Assembly (NCBI GenBank): GCA_027604505.1
Contig: JADIIX010000135.1
Span: 1-62,550 of the forward strand
Length of the DNA: 62,550 bases
Source of the DNA: Gonapodya sp. JEL0774
Lineage: Eukaryota
Reading direction: 5' to 3'
The position numbers and the translations under genes are program-made. Position 1 is the first letter of the stretch, and each line of letters begins with the position of its first letter. The notes beneath the pieces were generated by a model. The model ran no database searches and had not been told where the DNA came from. It saw only the letters and a list, made by a program, of their open reading frames with translations. This document shows, piece after piece, positions 39,701-50,896 of this stretch.

Positions 39701-42700
39701 GTCCGTTATCTCTAGCACTCCACCTAGAGCGATGGGGAGGTAAACTCGGCGATCTCCACGCACATGCCTCCAACCACTGGTAGTGGGAACTTGAAGAAGT
39801 TGTCCCAAATCTTCGAAAAGTGTCGACTTGGACGCACACTCGTCGCAGGTGGAGGTGTGATCCCTGAGGTATCGAGAACAGCTCAAGAGCTTTGGTCCTG
39901 GTTCTATCATGTTGGCACGACATCGTGGGATTATGTAGTGGTAGATCACGTCATGAGGGTCCCGGTGCTTCACGCCTACTTGCTCGAAGAGCCAAATCAC
40001 CGAGCTTCGATGTGCATCCGTGGATGGGAAGAGTCTAGTATCCAAGAGTTTCATATCCTCCATGAACTCGTAGGATTTCATGCCTATTCCTTTAATGTCC
40101 TCAGGGAAGAATATCTTCTCTTCAGACAAATTCACTCGAGAGCCGTCGGACAGGACGAAAAGTCTGGCGTTTCGAACACGTTCCAGGTCAGATCTCGCGT
40201 GCTTACCCCGACCTCTTGCCTCAACAATTTTGGCAAGAAGCGTAAAAAGTTGGGCATTAGGCTCAACCAGTTCGCTTCCCATGATTTTCGTCAGATGATC
40301 CACACTGAGGGTTTCGATGCCAAGCAAACGGCATAGTGCATCACTTGCTCCAAGGCCGTGGCTCAGCCAACGTTTACCAGTAATTTCCCACAGCAGATTA
40401 CCTGGAATGAGGCTGCTTACATCCAGACCCAGTGTCAGATGATCCGGTGGTGCTTGCAGTGCATGTGAAGGAGTAACCCAGAGACCTTCACTCGTTAAAA
40501 GACAGTCTGTTGTTTTCATCACCGTTTGAATCGCTGAAACGACAGGCCGCATGAAACCCTCAGCGAAGTCGGGAATATATTCCAAGAACATCTGAAGAAA
40601 TGATTCCACCGGTTGGTCGAGTTGAACTGCTTGCGGCTGCGCGATCCATCTCTTGAACGCCTCCACAAAGAGACGCGGAATTTCATTTCTCAAGAATACG
40701 TTTCTTGGATGGTCGGAATCGATATCTTCCCGACTACTTGGCACGGCAAAATCTCCTTGGACGATAAACTTAAGACCATAAGTTCGCAGGGGGAGGTACG
40801 CGAACGCTGGCTGCGGGTCGTTGGGTGGAGTCAACGGAAAAGCAAGAGCAAGTTCACCACTTGGAGGACAATCGGAGTCTGTCTCCCTTCGACACCATGA
40901 CGGAATGTCGATGCTTTTTCGGACAACAAGCCACTGGCTCAATGAAATGCTGCCATCTATGCCCATCGAGGCAACCGCCACAAAGTCTGGACTTGAACTT
41001 GGCACCCTCTCAATTGTTCTTCGTGAAGGATTTGAAGGATCCGACAAATCCACAAATTGCACCCTCTTGACATTCCGAAGAAAGATAAGCAATCTGGCAT
41101 CCAAAATTCTGTCCAGTAAAGTGTCACTGTCAGTCAGTGAATGTGTCAACGGAAGTACGATTTTCGTGTTCCACATCGGGTCATCTTGAAGCGGCAGACT
41201 GTCGTAGTCAATCCACTCGGGAATGACGAAAGACTTATCATCAAAACGTATGTGAAAACCGTTCGAGTGAATCTCAGGGTTGGACGTAACACGGAAAACA
41301 GATTTGAAGCCGACACCCTTCCGGCCGATGAAGCTGAGAACACAGTTTGGCATGAAACAGCAGCATTCCATTGGAACTTACATGTAGCTCACCTTTCAGA
41401 GAAACCTTCCTTCGTACTGGTACCACAATATAGCTCGGGTGAGAAACACTCTTTTGTCGTGGCCGAAAATATCCGATTGACTCACCTCCTTCCAACATCA
41501 CACAGTGATCGCATGTCTGCTGCGCTGAACCCATCCTCGTTGTTTCGAATGACGATGGCAGTCGGTGTGAGGATGAACTGAATGCCTGGGATCTCATTGC
41601 CTTCGAGGTCTTCGTACTAGAAACAAAGCAGTTCAATATTTTGCAACCCCACTTCAGTGTTCCGCACGAACCTGATTGTCATCCGCGTTCTGAATAAGCT
41701 CCAAAGCAAAATGAGAGTCAGATGTGTCTGGAAATTCGTGTAGTAAGGCACATGTGAGAAACCAAAACCAAACCATCAACAAGTCGAAGGACATACAAAG
41801 CTCGCTACCGAGTCGTTTGAGAGCCCTCTCGACTCGATCTCTCTGGTTCTTCAGAACAAGCTCCACTTCTGGACTAGCGTTCACCACACCGATACCGAAC
41901 TCGCTTTTACGGATGTCTTCGATTACCCAACGTGGATGGTCGGAATCCGAGAGAGTTCCAACAGCTTCCAACTCCGACCTGTATTGTTCGTTAGATTCCA
42001 GAGAAAGGCTTGTCAACGGAACTCGTGATTCTTCGATCCGGTGACTGTATGATCCGATCCTGAGTTGAGTTGCTTCAGTAGTCGAGGCCAACATGGTGTT
42101 TCTTCTATCAACCTCACTGACAACTTTCCGCCTCAGTTTCGCAACAGATTTATTAAGCACCGTGTCAGCAAACTCTTCTTTCATCCATGCAGGTAGCTCA
42201 CTGAGAACGCCAGTGAGCACCGTTCTCGCCACTGCTTCACCCAACTTCCCCACAATGTCTCTTGCAGCCATTAACATTGCCTGCAAGTCACCTTGCCCGA
42301 TTTTTTCTCCAGCCCCGCTATGCTGTTGGATAAAAAGTGCGGCCGCCTCACGAGCCGCAACGGAAGAGTCACGTGCCATAAGCGCTGCATGAAACTTGGA
42401 GATATTCCCAACCGCAGGGAGTGTCCGCCTGAGGGAAGAAAAACTCCCCACGAGGTCTTTGTATCCTTCATCTGCATTGTCTTCACCTTTTCTCTGAAAT
42501 CGCGACACGTTTAACAAATGCCTGAGCTCCGCGGAACAGAAGAGCGCAGCTTCGTACAAACGCGGATCGCTTGACCGCATTCCAATCCCTTGTGTTTGCT
42601 TTCTCCACTCGATAGCAACCAGAGCCACATCCAGCCAAGAAATGTCCCCACCTAATCCAAAAGCCTCCGGGCCGTTCACCTCATATTGCATTCTGCAAGC

Positions 42701-45700
42701 ATCGCCAACCACTGTTCTTGCAACGTCCTGTCTGTCCACCTTCAAATCGCCATTTTCATCTAGGAAGCCCCCATAATGCATACACTGCCACATAAATTCC
42801 ATGAGGTCTAGTTCCGGACGGGTGACATGCAACAGCACAGGATCGAGCCAGCGTGGTACGGTGACACCAGAAAAGGCAATTCGACGAAGGATAGAAAGTG
42901 GGTCAAGCTGCTCAGACATGGCGACAAGGTCGGCAATGGAGAGTTCTTTCGTGTACGTAGTTACAGAGGGCACTTGGTTCGGAGAAACCCCAATCTCCAC
43001 CAAAGGAGTTTCAAAAGATTTCAAGTCCCCCATCTCCCTTGTCTCTGAGAGTTGAACAGCCGAGATACCACGAACATTCCGGGAGGAAGGCTGCAAGTCC
43101 CCGATCAGAAGTTGAATGCCCATATAACGTTCAAGAAATGTACCAAAGCTGCATCCAAAAGGAAAGCGAAGTTCAGTAAACACAACCCTTAAACAGACAA
43201 ATGTGAATCCTCCACATACCTCACGCAACCTTCAATTCCTACTCCTTCAAAAGTACTGATGCCAAACTCGATCAGAACTTTCTTCTCCAGTTGGGACAGA
43301 GAAGGCAATGACCCCCTATCTTTGCTGTGCTCTATAACGTTCCTCACGAACCTCACCACCGAAGGAATACTGGGTCGATTTGTGGTTAGAGGACCTTCTC
43401 CTCCTTTCACGGATCCATCCATCGGCACTCCGCACATACAAGCTACAGCGCACATCACCACCCCCATATGTACCCTCCTTACCTCCTCAAGGCCCCACGC
43501 TTCGCCCGCTGCAACAGCTTCTCTTTCTTCTTCTTCGGTTCTTGCTCGTTTGAGGGCTTCCGCAGCGGTTTCAATCCATCGCATATAAGCATCAGGAGGA
43601 CGAATACGGGCGACCACCAGCTCAGAGACCGCTTGCCTCCTCAAAGGATCAGACCAGGCCCGGAGAAACGCGGCGACAAGGACGACTAGAGAGCGTGTCG
43701 AAGGGTGGGAAGGTGGTGGTCGGCGAGCGGAGAGGTGGGACAGAACAAATTTGATACAAGTTGTAGGTAGGGCGTTGTAGCTATTGGGAGGGTTCATAGA
43801 ATTACCCTTTGTTAGGAAAAAATCAAAGCAATTTAGCATTTTACCACTCACCTCTCCATCAACCAGGCGCCACCTCCCGAAACCATACTTTCCATACGCT
43901 TTTGTGCTCGCTCTAGCATGCTTTCCAGCATCCAGAATTTGACTCCTCCAGCATCCCGCGAGAGGTGGCCGTGTCTCCATTTACCACCTCCATCCCCACT
44001 CATAAATTGTGTTGGTGGGGCCGCTACAAGCGATACTTGACTGATTCCTTCCAATCCGGGCTCAGATTTGATTTCCACCTCCTTCTCTTCAACAGGTGCT
44101 TCCCGAGAAGAAGTTATGGCTGAATCGGTCAAGGGCGGTAGGTTAATTTTACTGCCTTGACCCTCCCAACCACCTAAGCCCCTCTCCCCTGCTTCTCTCA
44201 CTATGCCTTCAACAAGAATCGTCCAGGTCGAATCGAATCCTCCACGTTCAGCATTCCAAGATTCCCAAAGACTTCTGCAAGGACCCGCGGATTCAGTGTT
44301 GATGGGGGCTTCAATGCCTCTGCGGCGTGTAACATTTGAAGGTCGCAAAGCCCATTCGGAGACTGCTATGCCCACGAACGCTGGCCCAGGCACACCAAGC
44401 TCTCGAGCCGTGTGAGCTAAAAACCCATCTTCGCTGGGCTCGTCCTCCAATACCACACCTCGTGCGTCATGGAACGTCGCCAGATATCGCGAGAGTGCAT
44501 CCCGCGCTTGATTGACCGAAATGGGTGGAATTGGAGCGTCGGGGGTCATGCGGAAGTGAGCCCGAAGGGATGGATGACCGGACAGTGGTCCGTTGGAGAG
44601 GTTTGACGGCGCCTGCTGAAATGCAGTTTGCTTGACGCAAAGGGAAGAGACTTGTCGGTATTGGGTGTGGTGCTCGGTGTACCTTGAACTACTTCGTTTC
44701 TTACCTGCAGGAAATCATAGGCAGTGACCACGTCCGAATCCCGCAAAGTGCGCCACAGCGCTGCTTCAAATCTTTGGTCAAATGTTCTCAACGAACGGAG
44801 GGTTGGAGTGTCAAGGAGGGCAGATGTGGGTGGCATGTTTCGCCGAGTCACGAGGGCTGGTGTTTGGAGATAACGTAACAACGACCACAGAGAAAGGGGA
44901 CGGCGAAGACAACAAGGATTCAGCGGATCGCCACTTCAGTAACATCAAATGACATTGCAAGCTTGTGCATGCAACGGGTGCAAATCTGTAAATTCTGTGC
45001 ACTGACGGTATCAAGCTTTGTCGTGACTGTTCTCCCAAACAAAGAACCTCAATTCGAGCTCCAATTGGCCCCCCCAACATCCGCTCGTAGGCGGCATTCG
45101 TCAACTCACCTTCCACTACTTCTTCGGCGGTTACATATCTTCCCTCTATTTTTCCCCGTTCTAATTCCTCCTTGATGAAGGCTTCGATCGTTTCTTCCTG
45201 TCCCTGGTCCTCCACCACAATATTATCTTCAATTCCCTGCGTATTTTCTCCATGAGCCTCGCCTTCACCATCCGCCCATTCCCGCCCCTCTATATTCCCT
45301 CCATCAACTCCCTCGGCTCCCTCACCGTCCAAGTCCCCGTCGACGACATCGGGATCCGGCGTCCCCTCTGCCGTTTCCCCGTCTCGCGGTGGACCGGCAC
45401 CCATATCAACTACTGTGAGCTCCAGAGGGATATTGCCACCTGTGCCGTCCTTGTTCTTACGCTTGCGTCGACGTTTGGAGACGCTTTGTTGCACACCAGC
45501 TTCTTCCTCGCGCGCCACAACGACTTTGCGGAAGAGGGGAGTGTGGGAAGTGGACGAAGGCGTCGATGTCTTTGGGGCTATCGATGCTCCACTCAAAGTG
45601 GCTGAAAGAGGAGGTTCCGGAATGGGATTGGGTGGAGATACAGCCACATTAACCGGACTTGCTGCGCGGCTGGGCGCGGCGGAGGAAGATGTACTAGCAG

Positions 45701-46337
45701 GAGGCGCGATTTTGCCAGCTGTCGAAGAAGAAGGACCCATCGTGATAGGAGGTGCAATTCTACCTTCTCTGAGCTGTCGGAAAAGTGGTGCGGAAGGTGC
45801 AGTGGACGACGGTGGGTCCGGCGAAGGGCGCGAAGTTCCTATGGTGGGCGACGCGGCACGAGACGACGCATTGGAAGCACCCGCACGGTCTCGAGACTTT
45901 TGGGGATCGATTCGATCTCTCGAGGACAGCAATAACCTGTCCCGCTCACGGTCACGGCCCGGCGAGCGATCTGACGACCTGCGGTCACTTCGGATGACAG
46001 AAGATGGCGGTGGGGAGCGGGGACGATCGCTATTGCGCCGGGGAGCGCTGCGGTCTGGAAGGCGGCGTGGTGGGGAGCGTTCCGATGCTCGCCGAGCAGG
46101 TGGGGAGGGGATTCGTCGAAGTGGCGGTGACAGTCGGCGCAACGCGGAAGGTGACCTGTCTTGCAGGCGGCGAGGGATGTCTCTGTCTCGTTCCCGAACC
46201 CTCTCGCGGTCCCTTTCCCTTTCTCGCTCTCGATCTCTCTCACTCTCCCTTTCCCTATCTCGCTCCCGTTCTCGTTCCCTTTCGCGGTCTCTTGATCTGT
46301 CTCGTTCACGATCTCGTTCTCGTTGCCACAGCGACAT
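36709..46337 (-). CDS. NO VEIN-like protein copy B, with an RE/RD- and RS/SP-rich N-terminus
   Basis: HFALELIQNADDN (~41672-41725), RNNEDGFSAADMRSLCDVG, FIGRKGVGFKSVF, FAYLPLRTYGLKFIVQGDF. C-terminal GRLGEKLV…WLNEEEESGERWDI…YIEVKTT…FEISHRE, ending VKLRAEI*. N-terminus MSLWQRERDRERDR…. Confidence 0.92.
46180..46322 (-). repeat. Coding RE/RD dipeptide repeat
   Basis: RERDRERDRSRDRERERERERDRERESERDRERERERDRER at the start of copy B. Confidence 0.9.
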
Positions 46338-47455
46338 TTTTTATCTGCAGTTCAGAGTATGGTGTCTGCTCGGGTGCACTAAGCTTTTAGACTGAGCAGG
46401 CAGAAAGCCCAAGCTCTTTCTTTTGTGTAAAATTGAGACTGTAAGATTGAGACGAAATCCGTGTAGCAGAAACAATGAGATTGAGCATGCGATTAGCGTG
46501 GCGACACAATTTGGATTTGGTTCGAAGTTTCAAAACTTGGAAGTCCATCCAAAATGAGTTTCATCCCGTTATCAGCCATACGAATCCACTTATGCTCACA
46601 TCACGCATCCATCAGACTGATCGGCTTTTGGGATCTTGGAGCGGGATGGTAAACGGAAGAACAGTGATTGTTGTTGCAGAGTGTGCGAGTCGAGCCCAAC
46701 AGAAACCAGACCCCGCACAGAAGTACAATAAACATTAGGACGCCTGTGATTGACAGAAATCGTTTCTTTCTTTTGTTAGGTGCAGCATCTGCATACACTC
46801 TGGAGCACCTTCATGATATGATTTTCCCGGCTGCGCAGATATATATGTTATGATAGAGTCACCTTGGATTACAAGTGGGATACTACCTGCATAGCTACTT
46901 TTATTCAGAGATTTTCTGAATTTCTGTCGCGAAATAACACTGCTCTCCCCCCCCTCCCCCATCTTCACCTCCAAAGGTGATCAAATCTAAATCCAAACCT
47001 ACGATTCTCATTTCATTGTATATTTACTCAGGTATTGTCTGGGATACAGTTATCGAAGCTGCTCAAAAATATCACCTGTCGTCTGGATCGAGATCATCCC
47101 CCGCTTTTCTTTTCCTTCTTCCCTTCCACCCACACAGTGTGCACCAATTTGTCCCAACTCCAGCGATTTGGAAAGGCTTTGAGCAGTACGAAAGGGTATT
47201 CGGCGTATGCGAAGAAACTCGGTTATTCTTTGACCATTGGCAATCGGGGACAACACCTCGGCAATCGTACGTCAATGCTATTGACGTCGTCGTGACATTT
47301 ATTATTTATTCAGCCAATTTGAGTGCTATTGATCTGAACTTCATGACTGTCGATAGTTCTCTATCTCTCTTTTTCTTTCCTTTCCTTTCTCCTCTCCCTT
47401 TCTCTCTTTCAATTGGTTGTAACTTCTTCCGTAGTTCTATATCTATAACCGAAAT

Positions 47456-49863
47456 CTAATTCCAGCACCTTACACCTGCGACGATTTCTGTACTTTTAAA
47501 AACGATGGCCTCGCTGTAGAGCTTCCTACCAATTCTTTGTTGTCTATGTGCAAAAGACACATACATCATACAAATCAAGATATCGAAATAAAACCAGCGC
47601 GCTTACTCTTGACAGCCATTGCAAAGACTTTGAGCATCCCTACAAATCGCGCTTGCATGTCGTGAACTTCAGAAACCGCTGAAGGCCGTGCATTGAAGCT
47701 ACCATCTTTGATCTGATCGAAGAGGTCATACTTTCAATCAGAGTGAAATTAGTCTAGTGACTCACAGAGGAGAAATCACAACGTGTAGCCTTGTCCATGG
47801 CTGCCAAGATGACACGAATAGGAGATGTGACGAAGAACCACGTAAACACAAGAGATAGTCCACTGTTCAAAACGTTTATGTTGTCAGAAGAGGTACCAAG
47901 TGAAAGGCACATTCAGAAACCAGCTACCTCATGAAGAGCACAACAGCGATAGCTGCAAGATTTGAGATTGTGAGAACAGTGATTTGCTAGAATGTCCCTT
48001 ACAAACTGCGTGATAGTACCAGATATTATCAGGATTGTCCCAACGCGGGTTCCATCATTTCGAAGCTTCTGAGAAAGATTGACTGTATCTCCGATGTAGT
48101 CAGAAACTGGCCTTTTACGACGGTTGTTGAATGGATGAATAGTTTCAATGGCTCGGACGCATTGGTGATAGCGCCGGGCATATCAGAAAACTAGTACTCA
48201 CGCGCCTGAAATAATAATGTATTTGTAGTTCCAGACGGTTTTTGACTTTACTTGGAACAAATTGTCGCCAACTTGCCAAAGATTGTCCTGAAATGGAGAA
48301 GACAGATTTTTCCCAGCATATTCATAGACAGTAACTGCTGACTGGTTGAGTAGAGGATACTCTTCGTAGGAAAAATCAAAAATTGATTTAATCTCCCATT
48401 GGCCTGGGGCCACGAGTTTGACAAGCTACAAAACGGTATGTTAAGTTCATTTACCCGAAGTGCAGGTTTTGCAGATACTCACTTTGCTTTGTGTGTCGTT
48501 ATTGAGTCCTGAGACTGCGAGCACATTTCCAGTTGTGGTGATGATATAATAAACTGAGTTTGCTGTGGACGACGCTTTGAGGTCATCCAGGATAGTTGTG
48601 AAAACGGGTATGCCAAAGATGGCACTGGTTGTTCCCACAAATGTTCCATTGGGGTCGTAAAGAGTTAAATCCATCTCCTGCGCCAATATTGGAGTCGGGG
48701 CTTCTACAGGAATGAGAGTTGGTTGGCTGAGGAAGACAGAACCCTTCGGATAGGATTGCATGTAGTTCGCGAATACAGAGGAAGACATTGGGAACTGGAA
48801 TTGAACGCCACCGCTGATAGCAAGAGTTGTTCGGTTGATCGGATATACCGCGAAAGTGCCATTTGTGCTTATTGTTGGGCAGAAATTCGAGCAGGAAGCG
48901 TTGGTAGTCCATATTCCAAGTGCCAAGCTTCCAGGTGTAGGGATGCCATTCGAGCCAACGGTCATCCTATAAGAAAAAAAATTAAATGGCTGGACTTGGG
49001 CCCAGGTATATCCCATCAATGTTGCTAATGGATACCGTCAAGTGCTGGACTTTTTTTTCACGGAACACAAGCACCCACGTGAAAGACCAAGATCATCAAA
49101 AGTTCGGCCAAGAAGTCGCGTTACAGCACTGCAAAAGCAAATCGGTTGCATGTGATCCCAGGAAGAGATTGTGTCTCAGGCAGAATCTCACTCAATATTT
49201 GTGTGGTTGACCAGCCCTAACGCGAACGCCAAGGCAAAGCTTGATTCAGCGAGATACACCTAAGAAAGCAGCTTTTGAGTATTTGTAATCATAGATATCA
49301 GCACGCGGAAAGGATTCTGTACCTCTCTCAGGAAGGAATCCATAAACTCGGAAACAGCCGCATTTACATCTTTTTGGCGTGTCTGGGCCAAATTCTGGAT
49401 GCTAGTTGACGCTGTTGGTGTCATACGAAGTTGAAGAGATTCAATGGAGAGGTGAATGGGGAGGGCAAGCGATGCCGGAACACAAACGTGTGGTCACTGC
49501 ACTGCTACTCAAATACATCCGACAACCGTTTTCCCCTTCACATACCTTGATTGGTGGCGGCTGAAATGCTTTGGAAGTTAGCATTTACACCAAGCGACAC
49601 CGTAATAAGGGCAGTAACAGAGATGCTAATTCGCCCAATTATATCCCGTGACAAAGAAGAATATGGCATGTACGCGTCTGCACGAACTTGATAGTGACAA
49701 GTGCAATGAGAATCACCCAAAGTGGTAGCTTGAATCCATCTTCCCGGATTTGGGGGCCAGCAGACGACGAGGAGACACTGTCCCGTTGGTCACGATTAGC
49801 GGTGTTAACTTGTAGATGCGAATCCCCATGGTTCTGACTGGACGGTATGCCGTGATCTGACAT
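47456..49863 (-). CDS. Two-TM membrane sensor: extracellular Cache-like region + HAMP-like linker, no visible output domain
   Basis: TM1 LPLWVILIALVTI..ISVTALITVSLG. Extracellular region with YYIITTTGNVLAVS. TM2 is followed by TSPIRVILAAMDKATRCDFSS|IKDGSFNARPSAVSEVHDMQARFVGMLKVFAMAVK|NNKELV, with a stop ~25 aa later. Confidence 0.7.
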
Positions 49864-50896
49864 CACTTGGCTTGATGAACAGGATCAACTTTCAGGTTGG
49901 ACCCTCGTCCACAACCAGATGCGGCGCAGCAGGTAGCGGCACAGCAACCGTCCTTGCGCCAGGTAATTTCGCGCTGTGAATGGCTGGTTACACGAACCTT
50001 AACCACATTCAAATAAAGATCCCAACAGAAAGCGCGCACTCAATGTTGATGATCAACACTAGAATAGTTCTGTAAACCGATGCTTTGCGGTTTTGGTTCT
50101 TGGGTGGCGACTCACGAGTGCTTTATGTTCTGCTACAAATGTACTCAGCAAGTGCGAATCCATTCGCTCTCGGACCCGGACCTGCGTGATCGAACCAACG
50201 ACTCGGACGGATCGGGGCAGGAAACTGTGCAAGAATGCAATGCTGATCCCTCCTCCCCCCTCTCTCCCCGCCCACTTTCCACCTCGCCACGCACTTCATC
50301 CACCACAGGACAGTTCTCTGACCTATACTCTCTAATCTAAGTACACCATGCAGGTAAATATGTGTCACAACCCCAGCTCAGCGTAAATATGACGTCATGC
50401 AACGAGAGCACCTAATCCGAACTTATAAATAACATTTCACCCCATGCTGACAAAAGGCATTGTGCTGTATCTGTAGACATGGGGCCGACAGTTATAATTC
50501 AATATTGCGGTTGTGTCCTTCCTGCCCCCTGTGTCCGGCAGTACAAAGCCGGGTAACCAGTTCGCTCTGATTTTTCTTGATGGGTTATCATTGAAGGTGA
50601 TCGCGGACCCATAGAACACAGAAACGGCAAGTAAATCATCGATAGAAGCGAGAATAGCAGACGCTTTATGGACGGAAGGAGCAGTTGAAGAGGCGATCAC
50701 GGAGAATAACATGGGGGTGTGGAGGAGCAGAACAAATGAACACGGGGACGCTAGACTGGAAAACTTGGTGTAGTCGACAAAGAGACTTTGAGTGGTTGAT
50801 GATACCTGACTGAAACAAAGCACTCACTGCCACCACCATCTCCAGAAACCATCGCAACCCAAGAAGCTCTTGTTGAACGAATCACCTCATCAGCCG

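Noticed and set aside
26823..46337. NOV pair as a transposon or recent bacterial insertion
   Set aside because: No terminal repeats or transposase, many spliceosomal introns, and host-like composition.
45415..46395. 326-aa plus-strand ORF with RS repeats
   Set aside because: Antisense shadow of the RE/RD repeat exon of NOV copy B.
50389..50398. ATGACGTCAT CRE-like palindrome upstream of the Zn2Cys6 gene
   Set aside because: A single short motif that could arise by chance and cannot be supported without conservation data.
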